Shown here in pieces: positions 36,666-45,997 of a stretch of DNA of 64,000 nt; position 1 is the stretch's first letter, and every line of letters begins with the position of its first letter. The notes beneath the pieces are model-generated. The model was not told the origin of the DNA and made no database searches. It was given only the letters and a program-made list of their open reading frames with translations. A program made the position numbers and the translations under genes. Source of the stretch: Gemmatimonadales bacterium (GTDB lineage: Bacteria > Gemmatimonadota > Gemmatimonadetes > Gemmatimonadales > GWC2-71-9). The stretch spans positions 111,948 to 175,947 of the forward strand of contig DATJVM010000006.1 in the NCBI GenBank assembly GCA_035501775.1, given 5' to 3'.

Positions 36666-37151
36666 CTAGCCCGGCTCTGCGGCGCCATCCGCCAGCGTGG
36701 CCAGCTTCTCCTGGTCGGTGAAGGCGAGCGACTCGGAATTCACGCAGAACCGAAGGCCCGTCGGGCGTGGACCGTCCTCGAACACGTGACCGAGGTGCGC
36801 GTCGCACCGCGCGCAGAGAATCTCGGTGCGGCGCATGCCGAAACTGGCATCGACCACGGTGACGACATTCTCCGCCGCCACCGGCTGGAAGAAGCTGGGC
36901 CAGCCGGTTCCCGAGTTGAACTTGGCGGAGGACGCGAACAGGGGCAGCCCGCAACAGACGCAGGAGTAGACGCCTTCACGCTTGTTGTCGAGCAGCGTAC
37001 CGCAGTACGCGCGCTCGGTGCCTTTGCCCCGCGCGATTTCGAACTGGCGCGGAGTGAGCAAGCGCCGCCATTCTGCGTCGGTCCTGATGACCCGCGGGGT
37101 CTCGACCGGCCCGACCAGCCGGCCCTCTCTGTCAAAGACGTGCAGTTTCAT
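36666..37151 (-). CDS. msrB: peptide-methionine (R)-S-oxide reductase
   Basis: YSCVCCGLPLFASSAKFNSGTGWPSF...CARCDAHLGHVFEDGP...RFCVNS. ATG at 37151. Confidence 0.95.
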   Translation of the reverse strand: MKLHVFDREGRLVGPVETPRVIRTDAEWRRLLTPRQFEIARGKGTERAYCGTLLDNKREGVYSCVCCGLPLFASSAKFNSGTGWPSFFQPVAAENVVTVVDASFGMRRTEILCARCDAHLGHVFEDGPRPTGLRFCVNSESLAFTDQEKLATLADGAAEPG

Positions 37152-37494
37152 CCCATCCTCGGACCAGTGTCTTCGGGGCATTGATTCGCCAGGCCTGCTC
37201 CAGAACTTCACGCATCACCCGCGGCGAGACCCGATCGAGACGCACCAGGACCGCGGGATAACCTCGATAATGGGCCGTCACGTAGAAGGTGCCGGGATCT
37301 GCGCGCAGTCGGAAGTCCCGCTCGTCGAAACCGCACCTCACGGCCAGCGATGCCTGGTCTTCGCGCAGCCGGAGCATGAACCGCCCCCGCACGCGGAGGG
37401 CGGGGGTGCCGTAGGCCGTTCCCGGCTCCACTTCCGGAAAGGCACGGGCCATCCTCACGACTTGGGCCCACGACATCCCTGCCGTCCTTCCCAT
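37132..37494 (-). CDS. MmcQ/YjbR-family protein
   Basis: AFPEVEPGTAYGTPALRVRGRFMLRL...FYVTAHYRGYPAVLVRL. Confidence 0.85.
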   Translation of the reverse strand: MGRTAGMSWAQVVRMARAFPEVEPGTAYGTPALRVRGRFMLRLREDQASLAVRCGFDERDFRLRADPGTFYVTAHYRGYPAVLVRLDRVSPRVMREVLEQAWRINAPKTLVRGWDETARL

Positions 37495-37497
37495 TGC

Positions 37498-37713
37498 TCA
37501 GTCCGCGCCCTCGTACTTGAACGAGACCTTCACCTTGGCGCGATAGCTCTGGATCTTCCCGTCCTTGAGCTGTATGTCGAGCTGGGAGATCTCGGCGACG
37601 CGGAGGTCGCGGAGGGTCTTCGCGGCCCGCTTGACCGCCGCGGCGGCGGCTTTCTCCCACGATTCAGGACTGGTGCCGATCAATTCGATCACCTTGTAGA
37701 CGCTTTCCGCCAT
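37498..37713 (-). CDS. dodecin-family flavin-binding protein
   Basis: MAESVYKVIELIGTSPESWEKAAAAAV...LRVAEISQLDIQLKDGKI..YRAKVKVSFKYE. 71 aa. Confidence 0.92.
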   Translation of the reverse strand: MAESVYKVIELIGTSPESWEKAAAAAVKRAAKTLRDLRVAEISQLDIQLKDGKIQSYRAKVKVSFKYEGAD

Positions 37714-37800
37714 GGGAATCTCCGGGTGAATGGGAAAGGGGCCTGGGGCTTGTGGACCAGCTGTACGATCCGCGAGCGGCAGCAGTCCGCCGTGGGAGGA

Positions 37801-38331
37801 TCAGGAACCACCTTGCCTCATTTCGATCCTGACGAGGCGCGGTCCGCCCGGCTTCGCGGTGCTGTCGAAAGTGAATGTGATGTGCGCGTGTCCCGGAATG
37901 AGTGGTCCGCGCTGGCAGAACTCCGGGCTCCAGGTCCGTGAGGACAGGGTCGCGCTCGCCGGCAGGCCTAGCCGTGGCATCATCTGCGGCAGGCTCTGTC
38001 CGACCCGGACCCCCGAAGGGGTCGCGACCGCAGAGTCCCCGGTAGCCAGCCGTTCGATCCGGTCGTCCCGGCCGATGTCCGCGTCGAGGTGCGGATACCC
38101 TAACTGCGTGATCTGGTACGGTCCATCGGCGTCCCGCCCGGCGCGACGGGCATGCCGCAGCGGTGCGCCGAACGCCTTGGCGAGGTCTGCTCTCGTGGCA
38201 CCCAGCGGCACCTCGAGGGCGGCCTCGGTTTGGGGAAGACAGTAGTTCTCGGGGACCGGCACGCTCTGCGACCGGGCGGCCGTCGGGTGTAGAACCAGGA
38301 GGAGCCCGAGCAGGAGCTGGCGCGTGGTCAT
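37801..38331 (-). CDS. secreted hypothetical protein
   Basis: ATG at 38331. Signal peptide MTTRQLLLGLLLVLHPTAARSQ. No family recognised. Confidence 0.6.
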   Translation of the reverse strand: MTTRQLLLGLLLVLHPTAARSQSVPVPENYCLPQTEAALEVPLGATRADLAKAFGAPLRHARRAGRDADGPYQITQLGYPHLDADIGRDDRIERLATGDSAVATPSGVRVGQSLPQMMPRLGLPASATLSSRTWSPEFCQRGPLIPGHAHITFTFDSTAKPGGPRLVRIEMRQGGS

Positions 38332-38342
38332 GGGATCTGTCC

Positions 38343-39191
38343 TCACCCTCTGATGGCCGCTTCCGTTCTTGTCCAGAGCTCCCGGGCCAGTGACTCGTCC
38401 TGCGCGAGCGGGCTCGGGCGAAACACCTTGCACTTGTCGTAGTACTGCCCGGTCTCGGTCGCGAGCTCGGGGGCCGTAGCGCAGTACAGGGGTGTCACCG
38501 CGCCCTCCTGGTTGGAGAGCATGAAGCGCTTGAGCAGCCACTGCAGGGGTTGCGGAACGGCACGCCAGATGTTGGAGGCGACCGCCCCGGGGTGAAGCAC
38601 GTAAGTCGTGACCCGCTTCCCGGCCAGGCGGCGCGCCAACTCCCTGGCGTGCAGCACGTTCATCAGTTTGGTCGCGGCGTAATCGCTGAAGCCGCTGCGT
38701 TTCGGGGCGGTTCGCCGTTGCAGCGTCGCCCAGTCCAGGCCGGCTGCGCGAAAGTGGGCGATGCTCGCGACGTTCACGATCCGGGCGGCGGGAGACTCGG
38801 AGAGCTTGGGCAGCAGGAGGTTGGTGAGCAGGAACGGGCCGATGTGATTCGTGGCGTAGGTCAGGTCGAATCCGTCGGCGCTCAAGGCGCGCGTGCCGGC
38901 AACACCGGCGTTGTTCACCAGGACGTCGAGGGACTGCGGGCTGGCCAGCAGGGACGCGGCGGCGCGGCGGACGGAATTCAGGTCCGAAACATCGATCTCA
39001 AGAAAGGCGGCCTGCGAGGCGGGGTAGGCGCGTCGCAGCGCTTCCGCCACGGGCTCGGTCCGCTCCCGAGAGCGGGAGGCGAGGATCACCCGCGCCCCCG
39101 CGGGCGCCAGAGCCTCGACCATGGCCCGCCCGATACCGGAGTTCGCCCCGGTGACCAGGAAGGTGCGTCCCGCGAGGTCCGGAAGAATCAT
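38343..39191 (-). CDS. SDR-family oxidoreductase (retinol dehydrogenase-like)
   Basis: LVTGANSGIGRA, NNAGV and the YAATKLMNV catalytic motif. ATG at 39191. Confidence 0.93.
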   Translation of the reverse strand: MILPDLAGRTFLVTGANSGIGRAMVEALAPAGARVILASRSRERTEPVAEALRRAYPASQAAFLEIDVSDLNSVRRAAASLLASPQSLDVLVNNAGVAGTRALSADGFDLTYATNHIGPFLLTNLLLPKLSESPAARIVNVASIAHFRAAGLDWATLQRRTAPKRSGFSDYAATKLMNVLHARELARRLAGKRVTTYVLHPGAVASNIWRAVPQPLQWLLKRFMLSNQEGAVTPLYCATAPELATETGQYYDKCKVFRPSPLAQDESLARELWTRTEAAIRG

Positions 39192-39263
39192 GCGGTTTGC
39201 TCCTCGAGCCGCCCCGCGCATCCGGCGGGGCCCGCTATGCTGAATGGCGTCTGGTCGCGACCG

Positions 39264-39716
39264 TCAGCGCTCGTGCATGGCCAGGCCGATGAGGCCGAAT
39301 GTTCCCAGCAGCGCGATGAGCGCGGAGACCAGAAGCAGGTCTTGACGATCACTGATCGTGAGCCAGGCCGGTAAGCCAGCGGGCCGCCACGATGCCGGGG
39401 CGAGCCCCCAGATGATCCCCCCCACGCCTACGATCAGGGTGATACTCGCCAGCACCGCGAGCGCGCGGGCGCCGGTGCGGCTGACGTTGTCGTCGTCCCT
39501 GGCGTCGGGGCCGGTGCGCCCCAGCGCGTCTCCCGACTCGTCAGCCCGGGTCACCACCGTGCGGATGCGCAGCCGGCGCCGGCGAACCTCCTCATCCAGG
39601 ATGGCCCAGGCGCCGGGAACAAACGCGTTCTCGCCCTTGGTCCAGTCGTCCGCCAGCTTCTGATCGGGCATCGCGCGGACCGCGCGCATGGCGCGTTCCC
39701 GCTGGTCAGGGGTCAT
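39264..39716 (-). CDS. membrane protein, hypothetical
   Basis: Soluble N-terminal ~80 aa, then two TM segments. ATG start. Confidence 0.6.
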   Translation of the reverse strand: MTPDQRERAMRAVRAMPDQKLADDWTKGENAFVPGAWAILDEEVRRRRLRIRTVVTRADESGDALGRTGPDARDDDNVSRTGARALAVLASITLIVGVGGIIWGLAPASWRPAGLPAWLTISDRQDLLLVSALIALLGTFGLIGLAMHER

Positions 39717-39720
39717 TCGC

Positions 39721-40383
39721 TTACTCGATCACCAGGGCCAGCGACAGGCCGTCGTATCCCTTGCAGCCCACCGTCTGCAGCGCCAGGGCGGAGACCCGTG
39801 GCTCGCGAGCGACCAAGGCGTGGTACTCACGGACGGCCCGCACGTTCGGGTCCGTGCTGTCCTCATCAACGACGGCGCCTTCCCGGATGACGTTGTCCGC
39901 GATGATGAGCGTCCCCTGGCGAGAGAAGCGGAGCGACCATTCCCAGTAGGCCGGGTAGCCGGGCTTGTCCGCGTCGATGAAGATGAGGTCGAAGGGGGCT
40001 CGGCCAGCCAGCCGGGGCAGGGACTCGAGCGCCGGGCCGAGCACGATCTCGACCCGGCCACTGAGGCCGGCTCTGGTGAGGTTGCCAAGCGCCACCTCGG
40101 CGTGGTTCGGATCGGCCTCCAGCGTCACGAGCCGGCCGTCCGGCGGCAGGGCACGGGCCAGGCAGATGGCGCTGTAGCCCCCCAACGTCCCGATCTCCAG
40201 GATGGCGCGAGCGCGCTGCAGCTTCGCCAGCAGATACAGCAGCTTGCCCTGCAACGGAGAGACGCTGATGGCGGGCAGCCCGGCCTTCGCGCTGGCGTCC
40301 AGCGCTCCCGCCAGGACGGGATCCGGCGGAAGAAAGAGGTTGCCGAGGTACTCGTCGACTTCGGTCCATCGGTCCTCGGACAT
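39721..40383 (-). CDS. class I SAM-dependent O-methyltransferase (Methyltransf_3, CCoAOMT-like)
   Basis: ILEIGTLGGYSAICLA...FDLIFIDADKPGYPAYWEW...GTLIIADNV. ATG at 40383. Confidence 0.92.
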   Translation of the reverse strand: MSEDRWTEVDEYLGNLFLPPDPVLAGALDASAKAGLPAISVSPLQGKLLYLLAKLQRARAILEIGTLGGYSAICLARALPPDGRLVTLEADPNHAEVALGNLTRAGLSGRVEIVLGPALESLPRLAGRAPFDLIFIDADKPGYPAYWEWSLRFSRQGTLIIADNVIREGAVVDEDSTDPNVRAVREYHALVAREPRVSALALQTVGCKGYDGLSLALVIE

Positions 40384-40408
40384 TCGGCGCCGGTTCTCCT
40401 TTCTCCTG

Positions 40409-40921
40409 TCAGCCTGCATCCTTGGACGCGGCCGGGGACATCCGGCCGGCGCGCGCCAGCAGAATGCCGCCGAGAATGGCGATCACCACGCCGATCATGA
40501 CGATCCGGGTGCTGCGTTGACGCTCGAGGGTGAGTACCACCGCGGAATCGAGGACCAGCCCCCCGTTGCGGACGATGGCCAGGGCCAGCGGGGTCTCCTG
40601 GTTCCATTCCCAACCGAGCATGACACGGAGCGTGTCCGCAGGCTCGAGTGACCCCGCGACTCCTGCAAAGTCCTTCGGGAGTCCGACGGTCCGCGCGCCT
40701 GGCATGTGCCGGAAAAAGAGCGCGAGCCCGGAGCCCGAGGAAGAGGGGATGAGCGGGTTGGACGGAGGAAGCGATACGGCCTTCGCCGAGTCCAGCACGC
40801 CCTGCCAGACGGCCGCCGTTCCGGGAGCCGCCTCGACGAATCGGCCAAAGATTGCGGTGGCGACGCCGAGACCGACCAGAGCGAGGGCGAGGCGACGGGA
40901 GCGGGTCGGGTTGCTGGGCAT
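40409..40921 (-). CDS. bitopic membrane protein, hypothetical
   Basis: N-terminal and C-terminal TM helices flank a ~110-aa domain. No family recognised. Confidence 0.55.
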   Translation of the reverse strand: MPSNPTRSRRLALALVGLGVATAIFGRFVEAAPGTAAVWQGVLDSAKAVSLPPSNPLIPSSSGSGLALFFRHMPGARTVGLPKDFAGVAGSLEPADTLRVMLGWEWNQETPLALAIVRNGGLVLDSAVVLTLERQRSTRIVMIGVVIAILGGILLARAGRMSPAASKDAG

Positions 40922-41068
40922 GCCCTTATCGGAGTGAGGGGACGAGTCGTGGAGGTGCAGGCCAGCCGGCGGACGAAGCCCGCGCCGCGGCCCAGCTCAC
41001 CAGGGGACTCCGTCCAACAATCATAGTCGCGGATGGCAGCTTTGAGGAGGAATCGTGCGCTGGTCCCC

Positions 41069-41695
41069 TCAGGTATCCGGAACCGGGCCGCGAGCCGAAT
41101 CCTCGAGGCCTCTGGCATCGGCGGCTCGCGTGGTCGAGTACGTCGAGAGCGCGCGCTCGAATATAGCCACCAGCTCGAGAGTCGTGTTCTGCGGAGCGTT
41201 GATCAACGCGCGAACTCGCAGGTCCGGGCTCTGGCATTCCAGATGGGGCGTCCAGGAAACGGTGGGATCCGGTAGCCCGCCTGAACGATGACACTCGACC
41301 GCGTGACCGTCGACGGTGTCGGACCAGCACCGCAGGGCGGAGAGGGTGCAGTTGTCGTTAGCAGCCTGAAAGCGCGCTCGGGCCAGCGAGTCGAGATCGA
41401 GCAGGACCATGCGGCCGGGCCAGGTGCCGTTCCGTCGTGGCGAGCCCTTTCGTTCCCGGATCTCGAGAGCCGGGAGCGCCGGTGTAAGGAAATACCTGTC
41501 AGGAACCTCAATGCGGAGGCCGCGCCAGTCCGCAACCCGAACGCTTCCCGCTGTGGGGGCCGGGTCCACGGAATCCTCGGGTTCGGCCGCCCACGGCCGC
41601 CACGCCATCAGCAGACCCACGATGGCCAAGGCCGGCAGCCCAAGGAGGAGCGCCAGATCATACAGGAAGTCACGGAAGTCAGATCGAGCGGACAT
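41069..41695 (-). CDS. N-terminally anchored hypothetical protein
   Basis: ATG at 41695 (MSARSDFRDFLYDLALLLGLPALAIVGLLMAW). Cys-containing extracytoplasmic domain. No family recognised. Confidence 0.55.
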   Translation of the reverse strand: MSARSDFRDFLYDLALLLGLPALAIVGLLMAWRPWAAEPEDSVDPAPTAGSVRVADWRGLRIEVPDRYFLTPALPALEIRERKGSPRRNGTWPGRMVLLDLDSLARARFQAANDNCTLSALRCWSDTVDGHAVECHRSGGLPDPTVSWTPHLECQSPDLRVRALINAPQNTTLELVAIFERALSTYSTTRAADARGLEDSARGPVPDT

Positions 41696-41773
41696 GCCAC
41701 CTCCGCGTCGGGCGCGGCGCTCGCGGGCTGCAAAGCTGCGATGGGGCTCACTCGGGGGCAACCCCGGGTCGTG

Positions 41774-42214
41774 CTAGCCGTCCTGGTCGGAAGGAACGTC
41801 GAGCATGGCGCCTCGCAAGTCTTCGCTCCCGGCCTGCGCCTCGATATGTGCCAGCCACGCCAGCCACTCGCCGGGTGGTTCCTCGCACCGGGCGATCGCC
41901 TCACGCGCGTAGCGGACCGCCCGGCTGGCCGTCTCGATCGCCGCCGGGTCGTTCCGCGCCTGCTCTACCGCGCCGAGCAGCCCGAGCAGTTTCGCGTAGC
42001 CGTAGATGCGGTCCGGGTCATGGAGCAGAGTGGCCCCGGTCGCCGGGTCCACGCGAGCCAGCACCAGCGCCAGCGGGCCAACCTGCTGGCGGAAGGCGTC
42101 CTCGAGGAGGCTGCTGGCCAGATCGAAGTCGGGAGGGCCGGGGCCGTACAGCACCCGGGCGATGAGCCTGGCGACCTGCTCGATCCACCGCAGCACCACG
42201 TCGCGCTGCGGCAC
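41774..42214 (-). CDS. helical hypothetical protein
   Basis: GTG 42214 lies 1 nt after the TAA of the upstream gene (TAAgGTG). All-helical character. No family confidently recognised. Confidence 0.55.
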   Translation of the reverse strand: MPQRDVVLRWIEQVARLIARVLYGPGPPDFDLASSLLEDAFRQQVGPLALVLARVDPATGATLLHDPDRIYGYAKLLGLLGAVEQARNDPAAIETASRAVRYAREAIARCEEPPGEWLAWLAHIEAQAGSEDLRGAMLDVPSDQDG

Positions 42215-42215
42215 C

Positions 42216-42566
42216 TTAGGTTGAAGGCTGAGCGGGGCCAACAACGTTCACGGCGAAGACCAGGCCCTCCGAGCGGACCGCGCCGGCCAGCAACTCGAGG
42301 AAGGCCTCCGAGATCTCGTCCGGCGCAGCCCGGCAGTCGAGCTGGATCCGGACCGGCCGCCCGCGGCTCTGGGGATACTGCGCGGCCATCTGCCCGTCCA
42401 GCGCGTACGATAGATAGGCGTTGGTCTTGGCCTCGAGCTCGATCAGGCGGGCCGGCGATCCATCCCAGGCGCGATCCTCCACCATGATGAGGACGTACTC
42501 GTCCGCTCGGCGGTCGTGCGTGACCAGGTCGATGACGTGCGGGTTGGGGATGCCGGAGCCGGCCAT
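42216..42566 (-). CDS. small hypothetical protein (DUF6572-like by recollection)
   Basis: ATG at 42566 (MAGSGIPNPHVIDLVTHDRRADEYVLIMVEDRAWDGSPARLIELEAKTNAYLSYALDGQM). 116 aa. Confidence 0.6.
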   Translation of the reverse strand: MAGSGIPNPHVIDLVTHDRRADEYVLIMVEDRAWDGSPARLIELEAKTNAYLSYALDGQMAAQYPQSRGRPVRIQLDCRAAPDEISEAFLELLAGAVRSEGLVFAVNVVGPAQPST

Positions 42567-42625
42567 GGGCACCTCGTTCACCCCTAAGGGTGGCAGGATC
42601 GCCGGGGACCGGCAAGCCGGCGCGG

Positions 42626-43141
42626 TCAGCAGACGGGGAGCCCCAGGCGGGCGATCGTCTCCGCTGGGGAATGGTCCGACGTGTCGAGGAACCAATCCGG
42701 CGTGAAGATCGAGCGCGTGAACTTGGCGTGGAGGAGCGAGACACGCGCTGGACCCGCGTGCCACCCCGCGCGCGCGGCGTCCCGAGCGATCGCGACGTCC
42801 AACCGCGGGTGCAGGATCCGGATCGCCCAGGGAACGGCGAGCGACTCGAAGAAGGCGCGGTATTCGAGGTATGCCTCGGGCGGGCTCTCATGCACGGTGG
42901 CGTCGATCACGACGCGGCTGCCCCCGGACAGCGCCGTGGCCGCCGCCGTGAAGACGGCGCCATGAACAATGGCCCGCTTGCGTCGGTGGTCATCAGATCC
43001 GAACGCGCTGCGATCCCGGCCAAAGAGGCGGGGCCAGATCTCATCCTCGGAGATGCGGGTCCAGCCCGCACGTCCGCCCAGCAGTGTCGACACCGTGGTC
43101 TTGCCGCTCCCGCAGGTCCCGGTCAGGAGGAGGGCGTGCAT
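42626..43141 (-). CDS. P-loop NTPase/kinase (AAA_33-like)
   Basis: Walker A LLLTGTCGSGKTTV and Walker B-like VVIDATV. ATG at 43141. Confidence 0.85.
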   Translation of the reverse strand: MHALLLTGTCGSGKTTVSTLLGGRAGWTRISEDEIWPRLFGRDRSAFGSDDHRRKRAIVHGAVFTAAATALSGGSRVVIDATVHESPPEAYLEYRAFFESLAVPWAIRILHPRLDVAIARDAARAGWHAGPARVSLLHAKFTRSIFTPDWFLDTSDHSPAETIARLGLPVC

Positions 43142-43785
43142 GCTTCTCGGTGACGATCGGCCCAGCCTGCCCACAAGAGAAACGAAACCGGCACCAGCCC
43201 CGACCAGGCCACGGCCGTCGCGCTCGGCGGCGCGGGGGCCAGGGGAGTCCCTGCCCAAAGCGCCGCCATCAGGCCCAGCAGCGGCGGCAGGGCATAGCGG
43301 CCGATGGCATCGCGGGGGCGCGACGATCGGTAATAGAGGAAGATCCCGAGAAGGTACAGGAACCCCTCCACCAGATAGGTCGCGGCGGTGGAGCGCCAGA
43401 GTCCGAGGCCCACCAGCGGCGAGCGACCCGGCCAGAGCGGCAGGTCCGGAAGATGGCTGACGTAATCGAGTACCCAGTGACTGAAGACGAGGGCGCCAAT
43501 CAGGAAGGCGACCGACCGGCCGCAGCGCCGCCAGCGCGCGAGCCCGAACGCGATGGCGCTCCACACCAGAGCCAGGGCAAGGCTGTGGCTCCACGGATAG
43601 GAGACGAAAGTGAGGCGAGCGAATCCCGTTCCCTGAGCGGGGATCGCCACCTGCTCCAGGCCAGACAGGAGGAACAGCGGCCACAGCAGATCCAGGCCAA
43701 AGGCCGCCGCAAAGAGCCATCCCAGGGAAACGCCGGGGGCGCGGCTCCGGCTGGCGAGCGCAAGGGCAGCGTGACCGATGAACAT
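43123..43785 (-). CDS. membrane-bound metal-dependent hydrolase-like protein (YdjM/DUF457-like)
   Basis: MFIGHAAL...YPWSHSLALAL...FSHWVLDYVSH. About six TM segments. ATG at 43785. Confidence 0.65.
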   Translation of the reverse strand: MFIGHAALALASRSRAPGVSLGWLFAAAFGLDLLWPLFLLSGLEQVAIPAQGTGFARLTFVSYPWSHSLALALVWSAIAFGLARWRRCGRSVAFLIGALVFSHWVLDYVSHLPDLPLWPGRSPLVGLGLWRSTAATYLVEGFLYLLGIFLYYRSSRPRDAIGRYALPPLLGLMAALWAGTPLAPAPPSATAVAWSGLVPVSFLLWAGWADRHREACTPSS

Positions 43786-43790
43786 GGCGG

Positions 43791-44264
43791 TCAGAGCCAG
43801 CGCCGGACCCGGCCGCGGTACTCGCGGTAGGCCTGGCCGAAGCGCCGCTCGAGGTATGCCTCCTCCCGCGCGACCACGCCATACCGCATGAGGAGAAGGA
43901 CGAACGGCAACGCCAAGAGCGGCCACAGGGTGTTGACCCAGAGGGAGACGCCGAGGTACAGCGCTGTCATGCCGACGTACATCGGGTTGCGCGTGAACCG
44001 ATAAGGCCCGCTCAGGACCAGGGTGGACGTTGGAATCCAGGGCTCCGGATGCGTGCCGGCGCGCCGGAAGGCGAGGAGCGCGGGAAACGCCAGCAGGCCC
44101 AGGACCACGAAGATCGGGCCCAGCACGTGGGCCCAGGGTGATGAAAGCGCCGCCATGGGGTGGAGATCCTGAAGCAACAACCCCGCGAGGAGGGGGACAC
44201 CGTAGATCAGCGGAGGCGGTGCCACCACATGAGGAATGTCGGGCGGTTCCGCGGAAGTCGTCAT
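43791..44264 (-). CDS. isoprenylcysteine carboxyl methyltransferase (ICMT/PEMT)-family membrane methyltransferase
   Basis: LVLSGPYRFTRNPMYVGMTALYLG...REEAYLERRFGQAYREYRGRVRRWL. ATG at 44264. Confidence 0.88.
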   Translation of the reverse strand: MTTSAEPPDIPHVVAPPPLIYGVPLLAGLLLQDLHPMAALSSPWAHVLGPIFVVLGLLAFPALLAFRRAGTHPEPWIPTSTLVLSGPYRFTRNPMYVGMTALYLGVSLWVNTLWPLLALPFVLLLMRYGVVAREEAYLERRFGQAYREYRGRVRRWL

Positions 44265-44752
44265 GGCAGTCCCGCCTTTCGCGCGGCCTCGAACTGGGGA
44301 GCGGCCTGCAGCACGTCCAGGAAAGGCACCTGAGCTGGCAGAAGCCGCTCGCGAGCCTCGGTGAGGCCGAACCACTGCGCTCGATCCACTTCCGGATAGC
44401 TGCGGAGGTGGCCCGAACCCTTGGGCCACTCGACGGAGAAGGTGTTGCTCTTGAGCGTGGTCACATCGAAGTCTCCCTGGAGCGCCCAGGCGTGCACCAG
44501 CTTGCCCCCGGCCTGCTTGACCTGCCCGAGCGGAAACGGAGTCCCTTTCGGGCGCATTCCGGTTTCCTCCTGGAACTCGCGACGCGCGGTGGCGAGCAGG
44601 TCCTCGTCCGGCGACGGCTCGCCCTTCGGGATCGACCAGGCGCCGGCGTCCTTGTTCTGCCAGAAGGGGCCGCCGAGATGCACGAGGAGCACCTCGGGCT
44701 TGCCCGGGGCTCGGAACCGGAATAGCAGCAGACCGCCGGCCGTCTTGGGCAA
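44261..44752 (-). CDS. NUDIX hydrolase (COG4119-like)
   Basis: Nudix box GEPSPDEDLLATARREFQEETG. TTG start preceded by AAGGA. ATGA overlap with the downstream gene. Confidence 0.88.
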   Translation of the reverse strand: MPKTAGGLLLFRFRAPGKPEVLLVHLGGPFWQNKDAGAWSIPKGEPSPDEDLLATARREFQEETGMRPKGTPFPLGQVKQAGGKLVHAWALQGDFDVTTLKSNTFSVEWPKGSGHLRSYPEVDRAQWFGLTEARERLLPAQVPFLDVLQAAPQFEAARKAGLP

Positions 44753-44945
44753 CTTCAGTCCTTGCGGATCGCCAAGGGCATCGGGGAAAACCGCGCCTCC
44801 CCGGTCCGTGGCGGCCAGAGAACTAGATTAAGGGAGAGCGGGAAGCGCGCCCGGCACACCGCAGGCGAACGCCATCGGCGCCTGCGACTGAGGTCGGGTC
44901 GTCACGCATTTGCCCGCCCCCGACGCACCGACCTGAAATGCAACG

Positions 44946-45332
44946 ATGCCGCTTCCTCCTCCCAGGATTCTTCTCGTCATGCAGGAACAGTGGCCACGTG
45001 CCCTGCTCAGGGCCACCCTGATCGAGGCGGGCTATGATGCCATTGGCGCCAGGACCTGCGAAGAGGCGCTCAGGACCCCGGTGGCGGTGGCCGATCGCGG
45101 TCCGGTGCGTCTGCTCCTGATCGACGCGGCGGTCCTCAGAACGCCCGGGAACTGCGAGACGCTGGCCCGCCGCATGACCGGTGCGGCGAGAGTCCTGATC
45201 GCGCCCGCCGCAGGGCCCCGCGCGCCCAACAGCTGGAACCGGATTATCCGTCGTCCGACGAGCATTGGCGACGTAGTGCGCGAGATCCAGTCTCTGGTGC
45301 CGCTCGGCGAGTCGGCCACCGGCTCGGTATGA
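44946..45332 (+). CDS. stand-alone receiver-like (degenerate REC) protein
   Basis: RILLVMQEQ...GYDAIGARTCEEAL...VRLLLIDAAV...RVLIAP. A CheY-like layout, but the N-terminal acidic pair is replaced (QEQ). Confidence 0.6.
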   Translation: MPLPPPRILLVMQEQWPRALLRATLIEAGYDAIGARTCEEALRTPVAVADRGPVRLLLIDAAVLRTPGNCETLARRMTGAARVLIAPAAGPRAPNSWNRIIRRPTSIGDVVREIQSLVPLGESATGSV

Positions 45333-45427
45333 AGACTCAAGGCCGGTCGCGCGACGGAGGTTCACTCCATCCGCGTTGAGCGCCTGGACCGCCAGCCAAC
45401 TTGTCGATGCCGAGATCGAGGATCGGG

Positions 45428-45958
45428 TCACGCATCGACCGCCGGGCCATCGAAGCGGATGCGAAACACCAGATGGGGCTCTCCCTCGTGCACGATCTGT
45501 CGCTCGATCTGCATCCCGATCTTCGTCAACACCCGCTGAGATCGGATGTTGTCGGGGCGCGTAAGGGCGACGACCGACGCAAGGCGCAGGTCGGTCCGTG
45601 CCCACTCCAGGCAGGCTCCAGCGATCTCCGTTGCCAGTCCCCGTCCCCAGAACACGGGGTGGAGGCTGTAGCCCACCTCGACCTCGTCCCCGGTCTCGAG
45701 CGTGAGGTGGCGGAGCAGGGCCCGGCCGGCCACGCGGTCGTCTTCCCGGAAGATGAGCAGCCACGGACCGAAGCCGTACCGGGACCAGTGGGCCAGGTTG
45801 CGCGCCATGTAGGCCGCGGTCTGCTGCTCGTCTCGAACCCCGCCCAGCAAGGCCATCTGCTCCGGGTCCTGATGCATCCGGTGGATCTCGGAGGCGTCCT
45901 CCGGTTGGAGCCGACGCGCCAGGAGGCGGGACGAGGCGAACGACTCGGGGAAGGTCAC
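45428..45958 (-). CDS. GNAT N-acetyltransferase (RimJ/RimL-like)
   Basis: VEVGYSLHPVFWGRGLATEIAGACLEWA...NIRSQRVLTKIGM. GTG start. Confidence 0.9.
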   Translation of the reverse strand: MTFPESFASSRLLARRLQPEDASEIHRMHQDPEQMALLGGVRDEQQTAAYMARNLAHWSRYGFGPWLLIFREDDRVAGRALLRHLTLETGDEVEVGYSLHPVFWGRGLATEIAGACLEWARTDLRLASVVALTRPDNIRSQRVLTKIGMQIERQIVHEGEPHLVFRIRFDGPAVDA

Positions 45959-45997
45959 CGGATGCGCACTGGTCCCTGTGTCGGTGGATGACCCTGC

